Shown: piece by piece, positions 1-8,976 of the stretch
Position numbering within the stretch: the first letter of the stretch is position 1
Layout of the letters: every line of letters begins with the position of its first letter
NCBI GenBank assembly: GCA_963813025.1
Contig: CAWEXO010000013.1
Coordinates: 608,001-672,000 of the forward strand
Source: an uncultured Verrucomicrobiae bacterium
Lineage (GTDB): Bacteria; Verrucomicrobiota; Verrucomicrobiia; Chthoniobacterales; JAFAMB01
Direction: 5' to 3'
DNA length: 64,000 nt
Made by a program: the position numbers and the translations under genes
The notes under the pieces: generated by a model
The model's database searches: none
What the model saw: the letters and a program-made list of their open reading frames with translations, nothing else
What the model was told of the DNA's origin: nothing

Positions 1-508
1 GTCATAGCGATATCCTGCTTGGATATGTGGCAAGCCGCGATCCGGAGTTGATTTCAAGGATGCGAACCTGGCGCTCGCAAAATGGCGCCATTTTAGGGCC
101 AATGGAGGCATGGCTGGCACATCGTTCTCTCGCTACTCTCTATTTGCGGGTACAACAACAGTGCAGGGGCGCGTTGCAAATAGCCGAGTTTCTAAGTGAA
201 CAACCGAAGGTACGTTTTGTTCGCTATCCCGGTCTGAAGTCCGATCCGGCGTTTCCGGTCGCTTCCCGGCAAATGCGTTATTTCGGTCCGATCGTCAGCT
301 TCGTTCTCCCGAGCAGAGAAAAGGCGGACGCTTTTTTGAAGGCGTGCAAGCTCTGGAGGCGACAAGCTTCGGTGGAATTCATTCCAGCGCGGAGCGCCGG
401 GCCAGATGGGGCGGCGATCAGGTCGAGGACGGGTTTATCCGCCTAAGTGTCGGTTGCGAAGATCCCGCTGATTTGTTGGAGGACCTGGAGCAAGCATTGG
501 CTAAATAA
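1..508 (+). pseudogene. 3' part of a PLP-dependent trans-sulfuration enzyme (cystathionine gamma-synthase/lyase family), with an apparent frameshift near 355
   Basis: Frame 3 reads HSDILLGYVA...VRYPGL...FGPIVSF. A second frame continues EATSFGGIHSSAERRARWGGDQVEDGFIRLSVGCEDPADLLEDLEQALAK, stop at 506-508. The break may be a sequencing indel. Confidence 0.8.
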
Positions 509-726
509 GAACAAAGACCTCGATTCTCATAAAGTCACCAGAAAGAATAACTGCATGAACCAAGACCGCACCCTCTCCCTATCCATCGTCAATCTCGGAT
601 TCGATCGCAGCAGCGGGGCCGAAGCAACCTCATATCTTAACGATGCAAGAGAGCCTTAATTTTGCCGGATAACCTGGCCTGAATTTCCCGAAGTTTGCAG
701 GAGCACTCCCTAACCGAACGGTCCGC

Positions 727-1242
727 TCATCGCTTCATTGGTTGGTCGCTTCGCCGAGTTATCGTTTGTTTCTCAGGTCGATTCAGAAAAGAACCCAGGA
801 TCAATAACCCGGCGGCTATGCAGATGCAGCTGTCGGCCACATTAAAGGAGGGCCAGACGTATTCCCGGATGTAGAAGTTGAGGAAGTCCACGACGCTCCC
901 CCGGAACAACCGGTCAATCAGGTTGCCGAGCACCCCGGCGGCCAACAAGCTCAGGGCAATTTTCGTGAGGAGCTTCAGCCGCTTTTTGGGGTCAGTGGTC
1001 TGCGAGTCCCGGATCAAAAGAAAGAACAGTGTGATCAGCGCCGCGACTGCCAAAACAATGAAGAACAAGTTGTTGTTCTGAAACAGGCCAAAGGCCGCGC
1101 CGGTATTGGTGACGTGCACCAGACTGAAAAACCCCTGGATCACTGGCACCTCCGCGCCGGGTGGGATCTGCTGAAGAACCAGCCATTTTGTGACCTGGTC
1201 AATGACGAGCAGGGGCAAGGTCAGGAAAAGAAGAAATCTCAT
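727..1242 (-). CDS. lspA: Signal peptidase II (lipoprotein signal peptidase)
   Basis: Motifs DQVTK, NTGAAFG, GNLIDR, VVDF and FNVAD; overlaps the ileS stop, as in the conserved ileS-lspA operon. Confidence 0.96.
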   Translation of the reverse strand: MRFLLFLTLPLLVIDQVTKWLVLQQIPPGAEVPVIQGFFSLVHVTNTGAAFGLFQNNNLFFIVLAVAALITLFFLLIRDSQTTDPKKRLKLLTKIALSLLAAGVLGNLIDRLFRGSVVDFLNFYIREYVWPSFNVADSCICIAAGLLILGSFLNRPEKQTITRRSDQPMKR

Positions 1243-3965
1243 TCAGAGATAGCCAATTCGTTCACTACGGCCACGCAACGATCACAGAGCGCCGGATGCT
1301 CGACAAAAGTCCCGACCGCTGGGCGATGACGCCAGCAGCGCCCACAGCGAGCATGGCTCGTTTTCGAAACGATCGCTCTTGGTTCGCCCTCAACAGTCCG
1401 GACGTGGAGATCGCTCAAAATCAAAAACTCTTCCACCTCGTCCAGCGGCAGTTCAAGTACGCGATCTTCCGGCGGAACGCTAAGCTCGACCCGGGCTTCG
1501 AGATTGTTTCCGATAAACTTCTGCTGGCGAGCTGCCTCCATTACCTGGGCAACCACACTGCGCGCTCCGAGCAAGGCCTGGACGTCCCGCTCCGCTGCCT
1601 CATCAAAGTATTCAGACTCGAGAGTCGGGAATAGCTCCAGATGCACCGATCTGGAGCTGCCGGAGGTCCGCCAAACTTCTTCCGCGGTAAAAGAGAGAAT
1701 CGGCGCGGTAAGGCGAACGATCGCCTCGAAAGCCTGGCGCATCACCTCCTGGGTTGCTCGGCGACGCGGCGAGTTGGGATGATCGCAATACAGGCGATCT
1801 TTCGTGATATCGACGTAGAGACTGCTCAGGTCCACGGCACAAAACTGGTTAATCGCGTGGTAGACTTTGTGGAACTCATAAGTCTGGTAAGCCGCCCGGC
1901 ACTGTTGGATCAGTTGTTGCAACCGGCTCATGAGCCAGCGATCGACCAGCGTGTATTGTGGCTGGGCTTCCGCCGCGAAGTCGTGCAGATTTCCCAGGAG
2001 GACGCGGAGAGTGTTTCTGATCCTACGATAGGTATCGGCCAATTGGTCGAACATACGTCCCCCGAAAGGCACTTCGTCCCCGTAATTGACGCTGGCTACC
2101 CAGAGACGAACAATGTCCGCGCCGTATTTGTTCACAAAATGCTCGGCTTCGGTCGGCTTGTCGTATGTGCCTTGCTGCGATTTGGAGATTTTCTGCCGGC
2201 TATCGACATCCACCACAAATCCATGCGTGATGACTTCTTTGTAGGGAGCTTCCCCGCGGACCGCCACACTGGTGATCAGCGAGGATTGGAACCAGCCGCG
2301 GTGTTGATCGGTTGCTTCGATGTACACGTCAGCCGGCCAGCGGAGCTCGGGTTCGTGGCGGAGAACCGCTTCATGGCTGACACCGGAGTCGATCCAAACA
2401 TCGAGCGTATCGTTTCGGCGAGTCAGCTCCGGCGGCAACCCAAGTTGCTCCGCCAGTTGCGCATCCGTTAGCTCGTACCAGACGTTGCTGCCGCGGCCTG
2501 CCACCAGGTCAGCAAAACGATTAATCCATTCCGGGCGCAGCAGCGGAGTGCCCTCCTGATAAAATACCGGCAGTGGAACGCCCCAGCTCCGTTGGCGCGA
2601 GATGCACCAGTCAGGCCGTGATTCGACCGTGCCATAAATCCGGTTCCGTCCCCAGCTCGGAAGCCACGTGACCCGATCGATCGTCGCCAGCGCTGCGGGT
2701 TTGAGTTTGTCCATTCGAATAAAAAATTGCTCAACCGCCCGAAAGATGATCGGCGTTTTCGATCGCCAACAGTGGGGATAACTATGGTGATAGACTTCTT
2801 CGCCCAGCAGCATTTCGTTGCGCTGCAGCAAGGCAATGATTTCCCGGTTGGCCGCGAAGACGTAGAGTCCAACCAAATGGGGTACGCCAACTTCCGCAGT
2901 ATAACGTCCGTCATCATCGACCGGCGACAGAACAGGCAGGCCGTAACGCTGTCCGAGGATGTAGTCGTCTTCGCCATGCCCAGGCGCTATGTGAACGCAG
3001 CCAGTCCCGCTATCAAGCGTTACGAAGTCGCCCAGAAGAACGACCGACTGCCTCGGTAGAAAAGGATGCTGGCATTCCCATCGCTCCATCTCGCGACCAG
3101 AAAATGAGCCCTGTGTTTGATCGATCGGTTTCCACCCGGTCTCTTCGGCAAAGGATGCTACCAACTCCCTGGCGAGCACGAGAACGATCGGTTCAGGTCG
3201 AGTCGGATGGCTGAAAGTCTGCGCGACGTACTCGTGTTTCGGGTGTACCGCGATCGCCAGGTTCGCCGGCAAGGTCCACGGAGTAGTGGTCCAGATGGCC
3301 AGAGAAGCCCTGCCGGCCAAGGGTCCGGTCGCGATAGGAAATCGTACGTAAATGGCTGGATCGTTACGCTCCTTGTACTCGACTTCCGCTTCTGCCAGCG
3401 CGGTTTGCGCTCCGGTGCTCCAGAACACCGGTTTCTTGCTCCGATAAACCAGACCGCGCCGCACGATCTCGGCAAATACTCGCAGTATTTCCGCTTCATA
3501 CCCTGGATCGAGTGTGAGATACGGTCTTTCCCAGCGCCCGAGGACCCCCAACCGTTTGAACTGCTCACGTTGGATTGCGATGAATTTGCGCGCAAAGGCC
3601 TCTGATTTTTGGCGGATTTCCAGTGCACTCAGCCCTCGTGATTCCTTGACCACTTTGTATTCGATGGGCAAACCATGACAATCCCAACCAGGAATAAATG
3701 GCGCCCGCAATCCAGCCATTGTCCGGCTTTTGATGATAAAGTCTTTCAGAATCTTGTTGAGCGCGGTGCCCATGTGCACGTCGCCATTCGCGAAGGGCGG
3801 TCCGTCGTGGAGGACAAACAGCGGATCGTCGCGATGAGCCGCTTGAATCTGGTCGTAGAGCCGCGACCGTTCCCATTCTGCCAAAATCTCCGGTTCCCGC
3901 CGGGCAAGGTTCGCCTTCATCGGGAAGTCCGTCTTCGGCAGGTTGAGAGTGTCTTTGTAATTCAT
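1239..3965 (-). CDS. ileS: Isoleucine--tRNA ligase (type 1)
   Basis: Starts MNYKDTLNLPKTDFPMKANL (ATG at 3965, not the upstream ORF-track start). HDGPPFANGDVHMGT, GWDCHGLPIE, WTTTPWTLPAN, DWCISRQR, KISKS and a C-terminal CGRCW...CDRC zinc finger. Confidence 0.98.
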   Translation of the reverse strand: MNYKDTLNLPKTDFPMKANLARREPEILAEWERSRLYDQIQAAHRDDPLFVLHDGPPFANGDVHMGTALNKILKDFIIKSRTMAGLRAPFIPGWDCHGLPIEYKVVKESRGLSALEIRQKSEAFARKFIAIQREQFKRLGVLGRWERPYLTLDPGYEAEILRVFAEIVRRGLVYRSKKPVFWSTGAQTALAEAEVEYKERNDPAIYVRFPIATGPLAGRASLAIWTTTPWTLPANLAIAVHPKHEYVAQTFSHPTRPEPIVLVLARELVASFAEETGWKPIDQTQGSFSGREMERWECQHPFLPRQSVVLLGDFVTLDSGTGCVHIAPGHGEDDYILGQRYGLPVLSPVDDDGRYTAEVGVPHLVGLYVFAANREIIALLQRNEMLLGEEVYHHSYPHCWRSKTPIIFRAVEQFFIRMDKLKPAALATIDRVTWLPSWGRNRIYGTVESRPDWCISRQRSWGVPLPVFYQEGTPLLRPEWINRFADLVAGRGSNVWYELTDAQLAEQLGLPPELTRRNDTLDVWIDSGVSHEAVLRHEPELRWPADVYIEATDQHRGWFQSSLITSVAVRGEAPYKEVITHGFVVDVDSRQKISKSQQGTYDKPTEAEHFVNKYGADIVRLWVASVNYGDEVPFGGRMFDQLADTYRRIRNTLRVLLGNLHDFAAEAQPQYTLVDRWLMSRLQQLIQQCRAAYQTYEFHKVYHAINQFCAVDLSSLYVDITKDRLYCDHPNSPRRRATQEVMRQAFEAIVRLTAPILSFTAEEVWRTSGSSRSVHLELFPTLESEYFDEAAERDVQALLGARSVVAQVMEAARQQKFIGNNLEARVELSVPPEDRVLELPLDEVEEFLILSDLHVRTVEGEPRAIVSKTSHARCGRCWRHRPAVGTFVEHPALCDRCVAVVNELAISE

Positions 3966-3974
3966 GCGGGAAGA

Positions 3975-4233
3975 AGAAGTTCGAGGAAGTTCAGGGAAGT
4001 TCAAGGAAGTTCCTCCTGGAGTAAGACGCACGCCCTCGTGCGTCACGTCGCAGATACGGGCGAGGCCGTCCGCCTGCGTGCCCGCTCCGCGGCACCATGG
4101 CGCGACAAGGTTCGCGCTACCCATGCGATCGCTCAGGAGCGAAACACGGCCCGGCGGCGCCTCCCTGAACTTCCCCGAACTTCCCCGAACTTCCTTGAAC
4201 TTCCCTGAACTTCCTCGAACTTCCCTGAACTTC
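3975..4233. repeat. Inverted arrays of a 10-bp tandem repeat flanking a GC-rich hairpin core
   Basis: About 4 units of GGAAGTTCNN at 3975-4014 and 7 units of the complement GAACTTCCNN at 4167-4233. Confidence 0.9.
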
Positions 4234-4242
4234 TCCTTCTCC

Positions 4243-5343
4243 ATGCGATGGTCGTTCAAAATCGCGCGGATTGCCGGAATCGATATCCGGATCCACGCCA
4301 CCTTCTTCCTTCTGGTGGCCTATGTCATCTACGCGGGGAGCGATGCTGGCGCGGAGGGCGGAGCGATCAGCGCTCTTTTCATCTGTCTTCTCTTTGTTTG
4401 TGTGCTCCTTCATGAATTCGGCCATGCGCTGGCAGCGCGCCGCTACGGGGTGAGAACGGCCGACATTACGCTTCTGCCAATCGGAGGTATCGCACGCATG
4501 GAGCGATTGCCCGAAAAACCGCTGCAGGAGCTGGTGGTGGCCTTGGCCGGCCCTTTTGTCAATGTGCTGATAGCTCTTGTTCTTGCGGCGATTCTCATAG
4601 CTCGGGGAACTCTGGACCTATATTTCTGGCGTCATCTTGACTCGCTGGGACTTCTGTCGTTGCTGCTCTACACGAACATTGTGATGGGCCTGTTCAACCT
4701 GATTCCCGCGTTTCCGCTGGACGGTGGCCGGGTGCTTCGAGCGCTGCTCGCGACCCGCATGGATTACGTAAAGGCCACGCACATCGCGGCGACAATCGGA
4801 CAGGGCCTCGCCTTAGCTCTCGGCGTCTTCGCGGCCTACAAATTCAATATGCTCCTGATCCTTATTGCGATGTTCATCTACATCGGGGCAGAGAGCGAGT
4901 CGGCGATCGTACAACTGCGAACGGCCACATCCGGGATGCCTGTCTCGAGCGCAATGATTACGCGGTTCGATACATTAAACTCCTCCTCGACGTTGGATCA
5001 AGCGGTCGATGCCCTGCTCGGCACCACTCAACACGATTTTCCGGTACTCGACGATAACGGTGGATTCGCCGGGCTTTTGACGAAGCATAATCTACTTCTT
5101 GCCTTGAAGAGATCGGGTTCGGAAACCCTGGTGACCGATGTCATGATCAAGGGGCTTCCCTCAATCTTACCGCACACCAGTTTTCAAAGTGCGCTAACGA
5201 TTCTGCAGTCGGCCAAGGCACCGGCCTTGCCGGTCCTGGACCACGCTGGACGTCTGGTCGGACTGTTTACCACCGAAAATATTGGTGAATTCATGCTGGT
5301 TCGCAGCGCTACCGGGGGGCGGCAAGGGCGGAGACGTTGGTAG
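4243..5343 (+). CDS. Site-2 (M50) zinc metalloprotease with C-terminal CBS domains
   Basis: HEFGH, AGPFVN and NLIPAFPLDGG motifs, followed by a CBS pair (HDFPVLD, LPVLD...VGL). Start ATG at 4243 (MRWSFKI). Confidence 0.93.
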   Translation: MRWSFKIARIAGIDIRIHATFFLLVAYVIYAGSDAGAEGGAISALFICLLFVCVLLHEFGHALAARRYGVRTADITLLPIGGIARMERLPEKPLQELVVALAGPFVNVLIALVLAAILIARGTLDLYFWRHLDSLGLLSLLLYTNIVMGLFNLIPAFPLDGGRVLRALLATRMDYVKATHIAATIGQGLALALGVFAAYKFNMLLILIAMFIYIGAESESAIVQLRTATSGMPVSSAMITRFDTLNSSSTLDQAVDALLGTTQHDFPVLDDNGGFAGLLTKHNLLLALKRSGSETLVTDVMIKGLPSILPHTSFQSALTILQSAKAPALPVLDHAGRLVGLFTTENIGEFMLVRSATGGRQGRRRW

Positions 5344-5569
5344 GAGAGTGGGCGAAAGGGCGAATGGGCGCTCCGGGGCCGACGTCGGCCTGGTCGGTAG
5401 TATCAGCTTTTGTGTGTGACGCTTTGCTTCTTTATCTTGGTCCGCTTTTTCCTGCTTGGTCACTTCCATCTTTTATCTCAGGTTGTGACCTCACACACAA
5501 AGTTTGCCGACACCCTCGCCCGATCAGGATAGGACCTATGAGGCCTGTAGGTCCTATGAGTCCGCTCCT

Positions 5570-5705
5570 ACTCGCCCTTACGCCCACTCGCCCTTACGCC
5601 CACTCGCCCTTACGCCCACTCGCCCTTACGCCCACTCGCCCTTACGCCCACTCGCCCTTACGCCCACTCGCCCTTACGCCCACTCGCCCTTACGCCCACT
5701 CGCCC
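5570..5705 (+). repeat. 16-bp tandem repeat (ACTCGCCCTTACGCCC) x8.5
   Basis: Exact units read directly. A short degenerate inverted copy lies at 5346-5370. Confidence 0.95.
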
Positions 5706-6488
5706 ACTAGTTCCGTGCAGCCACGGCGTCGCCCAAGCCAGCCCATCGCCCGTTGTCGTCCGTGGTTTGTACTCACATCCTACCCAGCCGCGATAGGCCA
5801 ACCTGTCGAGCTGGCGCAGCAGATATGCATAGTTTATCTCACCGCGATCAGGCTCATTGCGATCGGGGACGCTCGCCAGTTGGATGTGCCCGACTAGATT
5901 CAAGTAGTGCTCGGTACGTCGCGCTAAATCACCGCCCATAATCTGCGCGTGGTACCAATCGAGCTGGAGCTTTAGTCGCGGATGGCTGAGCTGATTGATC
6001 AACGTTGCAGCCTCTTCGAGGGTCGTCAGGAAATAGCCGGGGATGTCGCGCGAGTTGATCGGTTCCAGCAGGAGCTCCAGTTCGCGGTTGTCGAGCTGCT
6101 GCAGCGCGAATTCGAGATTGTGCCGAAGAACACCCGAAGCAGCTTCCCTTTCCGACCGATCCACGATTCCCGACATGATATGCAAGCGAGGCACCTGCAA
6201 TGTGTCAGAGTACTCCAGCGCTTTTTTAAGCGACTCGCGAAAATCTTTCTCGCGCCCGGGCAAAGCGGCCAGGCCGCGCTCGCCCCGCGCGAAGTCGCCC
6301 GGTGGACCGTTGAAAAGGACCGGGCTGAGCCGGTTTTCATCCAACGCGTGTTTGATCTTCGCCGCCTCGTGCTCGTAAGGAAAAAGGAATTCGACCCCCG
6401 CAAAACCAGCTTCTGCCGCCGCCCGAAAACGTTGCAGGAATGGTTGCTCGGAATATAACCAGGACAGATTCGCGGCAAGCCTCGGCAT
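5658..6488 (-). CDS. otnI: 2-oxo-tetronate isomerase / hydroxypyruvate isomerase family
   Basis: MPRLAANLS, VEFLFPY, LEPIN, DWYHAQ, RNEPD and WVGCEY; in an operon with otnK and otnC. Confidence 0.88.
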   Translation of the reverse strand: MPRLAANLSWLYSEQPFLQRFRAAAEAGFAGVEFLFPYEHEAAKIKHALDENRLSPVLFNGPPGDFARGERGLAALPGREKDFRESLKKALEYSDTLQVPRLHIMSGIVDRSEREAASGVLRHNLEFALQQLDNRELELLLEPINSRDIPGYFLTTLEEAATLINQLSHPRLKLQLDWYHAQIMGGDLARRTEHYLNLVGHIQLASVPDRNEPDRGEINYAYLLRQLDRLAYRGWVGCEYKPRTTTGDGLAWATPWLHGTSGRVGVRASGRKGEWA

Positions 6489-6495
6489 GGGATGA

Positions 6496-7137
6496 TCACC
6501 AGCTTGCGCCGAAGGTTTCGGTTAAGTCCCGGATATCGTCGGGCGAGAGTATCCGAATCTTTTGATTCTGCAACAGCAAAGTCAACTTGGCGGTTTCCTC
6601 GAGTTCTTCAATCGCATGCTGCGCCGAATCCAGGTCTTTTCCGGAAACGACCGGTCCGTGATTGGCCAACAGAACGGAAGAATGTTTACTCGCGTGTTTT
6701 CCGATCTCGCCGGCCAGTGCGCGGTCACCCGGTCGAAAGTAGGGGATAAGGGGTAATTTCCCGACCCGCATGACAAAATAAGGGGTGATCGGCTGGAGAC
6801 AGCTCTCGGGGTCCAGTCCATCCAGGCATGAAACTGCCGCGGCGTAGGTGCTGTGGAGGTGAACGATCGCTCCGCTCTGCGGCCGGTTCTGGTATAGCGC
6901 TATGTGCAGAAAAGATTCCTTGCTCGCCTTTGCTCCGGAGAGTTGGCGTCCGTCCCAGTCAAGTTTCGCGAGATGATCCGGGTCGAGTTGGCCGAGAGAG
7001 GAGTTGGTCGGAGTTACGAGCCAGCCGTCTTCTAAACGAACACTAATATTTCCGCTGGTGCCTGGACTTAGCCCGCGTTGATAAAGGGTTTGTCCAACCC
7101 TGGCGATCTTTTCTCGTAAAGCTGATTCGGTATTCAT
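6496..7137 (-). CDS. otnC: 3-oxo-tetronate 4-phosphate decarboxylase (class II aldolase family)
   Basis: GTSGNIS, SKESFLH, VHLHS, LANHG and EELEETAKL; ATGA overlap with otnK. Confidence 0.88.
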   Translation of the reverse strand: MNTESALREKIARVGQTLYQRGLSPGTSGNISVRLEDGWLVTPTNSSLGQLDPDHLAKLDWDGRQLSGAKASKESFLHIALYQNRPQSGAIVHLHSTYAAAVSCLDGLDPESCLQPITPYFVMRVGKLPLIPYFRPGDRALAGEIGKHASKHSSVLLANHGPVVSGKDLDSAQHAIEELEETAKLTLLLQNQKIRILSPDDIRDLTETFGASW

Positions 7138-8393
7138 GGGAGCGCCTGCCATGCATCGATAAAAAAATTGTCCCCTCCGAAGTTCCCGGATTTCAGAGCC
7201 AGCGCGAGACGCTTTTTTCCGAAAGAAGCGAGCGTCCAAGGGACGCCGGGAGCGATTTCGGTACCAATCGTGAGGCTCTGAATTTCCAAGGCTTTCAGGA
7301 CCGAGCCGGAGGTTTCTCCGCCCGCGACAATCATTTGCGTCACATCGCGCCGCACCAGTTCAACGGCCAGAGACGCGAGGGCCGCCTCAGCCGCGCGGCC
7401 CGTCTGAGCAATGCCGTACGCCGCTTGCGCCGTCCGAATTTGTTCGGGCAGGGCACTCGTATAGATCACCACGGGAACGGCCTCGCTCAACTGTTCCACT
7501 GCCCAGGTCGCCACGCGATCGACAGTGCCGGTGAAATCGTTCAGCACTTCTTCCACGCGAATCTGTCGAGAGGGATAGAGCGAGGAAACACGGGAAAGCT
7601 GGCGCATAGTTGCCGGCGAACAACTGCCAGCCAGGATTGCCCGAGTTCCGGGCGAAGCTTTCCCTTGGATTGCATCGGCTTTTTTCAGTCCGAAGTTCTC
7701 GGCCAGGAACAAGGCAAGACCCGATCCGCCGGTCAACAGGCGAAGGTTCTTCGCTACTTCTCCGATGATCTGGAGGTCGCTGTTTTCGAGAACGTCGACC
7801 ACCGCCATGCGGCATCCGCCGGCCTGGAGGCGTTCCATTTCTTCGCGCAGAGCTGCGGCACCTTGGCGCACCTGATTGAAACGCAGCAGCCCGATGGCGG
7901 AAGCGGTCTGGCTCGCGAGCACGCGAAGGAGATTCGGATCCCGCATCGGGGTGAGCGGATGATTCTCCATCCCGCTCTCGTTCAGCAGCGCGTCATGAAC
8001 GAAAAGATGTCCCCGGTAGACCGTACGGCCGGTGTCGGGAAATGCTGGACAGACGATAGTAAAATCTATCCCAAGTTTTGCTGATAAGGCGTCGATCACC
8101 GGCCCGATATTGCCGTGTGCTGTCGAATCAAAGGTTGAGCAATATTTAAAATAGAATTGTCGGCAGCTGGTCTGGATAAGCGAGTCGAGAGCCGCGACGG
8201 ATTGTTCGACTGCGGCATTCACCGGCAGGGTTCGGCTTTTAAGAGCGATCACCACGGCATCGACGGAAGTCAACGCGAGATCGGGCGTGGGCAGTCCAAG
8301 TGTCTGGATCGTGCGAAAGCCGGTCTTCGCCAGATTGTTCGCCAAGTCGGTGCCGCCGGTGAAATCGTCTGCGATGCAGCCGAGCGAAGGCAT
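7134..8393 (-). CDS. otnK: 3-oxo-tetronate kinase (DUF1537 four-carbon acid sugar kinase)
   Basis: LGCIADDFTGGTD, KYCSTFDST..GNIGPV, GGETSG and LKSGNFG. Confidence 0.92.
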   Translation of the reverse strand: MPSLGCIADDFTGGTDLANNLAKTGFRTIQTLGLPTPDLALTSVDAVVIALKSRTLPVNAAVEQSVAALDSLIQTSCRQFYFKYCSTFDSTAHGNIGPVIDALSAKLGIDFTIVCPAFPDTGRTVYRGHLFVHDALLNESGMENHPLTPMRDPNLLRVLASQTASAIGLLRFNQVRQGAAALREEMERLQAGGCRMAVVDVLENSDLQIIGEVAKNLRLLTGGSGLALFLAENFGLKKADAIQGKASPGTRAILAGSCSPATMRQLSRVSSLYPSRQIRVEEVLNDFTGTVDRVATWAVEQLSEAVPVVIYTSALPEQIRTAQAAYGIAQTGRAAEAALASLAVELVRRDVTQMIVAGGETSGSVLKALEIQSLTIGTEIAPGVPWTLASFGKKRLALALKSGNFGGDNFFIDAWQALP

Positions 8394-8448
8394 ACGGAAA
8401 ATCATGCGGCTTAGCTGATCGAAACGCAAGGGGCGTGGTGAGTGGCGC

Positions 8449-8961
8449 CGAGTCCCGAGTCACTGGTCACGAGTCCCGGGTCGCGAGTCACGAGTCCCGA
8501 GTCGCTGGTCCCGAGTTGCGACTCCTGAGTCCCGAGTCGCCGGTGCGCTGCGAGAACGCCTGGTACATGTTCATTATGGTCGTAGCAGCGGGCCGGTCCG
8601 GAAAAATGTGATTGTGGGTAAGTCGCCAATTGAACCCGACCGGCAAAGCGCCCAACGTTTGTCTTTGCTGGAAAATGCCCCCTGGTTTTGAGCACTTTGC
8701 GGCTTTCGCTCTTTCCAGTTGCAGAAAGAGAGCGAATTACGAAGCAGATGCACGATGCAGGTCTCGGGACTAGTGACTCGAGACGCGGGACTCGCAACTC
8801 TTTTTACAGATCTTGTTGAGAACAGCTCAGACCTCTTGATGGTGTCCTGGTTTCGGTGTCCACTATTACCATTCTGCGATGCCAACCACTCGGGCCTCGT
8901 AACTCGGGACTAGTGACCCGGGACTCGGGACTCGTTAACTCGGGACCGGGGACTCGTAACT
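8449..8961. repeat. Inverted arrays of a 7-bp tandem repeat (CGAGTCN / NGACTCG) bracketing an intergenic core
   Basis: 13 degenerate units at 8449-8539; complementary units at about 8761-8800 and 8888-8961. Confidence 0.9.
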
Positions 8962-8976
8962 AAGAACTCTCTTTTA

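Noticed and set aside
1296..3876. Numerous antisense and alternate-frame ORFs over ileS and other long genes
   Set aside because: Shadow ORFs expected in GC-rich coding DNA.
4070..4110. Possible T-box upstream of ileS (minus strand TGGTGCCGCGG)
   Set aside because: Only a partial match to UGGNACC-GCG; I could not identify stem I or a specifier loop.
3966..4301. N-terminal extensions of ileS (to 4301) and of the protease (from 3964) in the ORF track
   Set aside because: They are translations of the 10-bp repeats. The family-typical starts are at 3965 and 4243.
5570..5705. CRISPR array
   Set aside because: Contiguous tandem units with no unique spacers and no cas genes. The same applies to the other arrays.
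5337..5897. ORF with LTPTRPYAHSPLRP repeats
   Set aside because: Translation of the 16-bp array, antisense to otnI.
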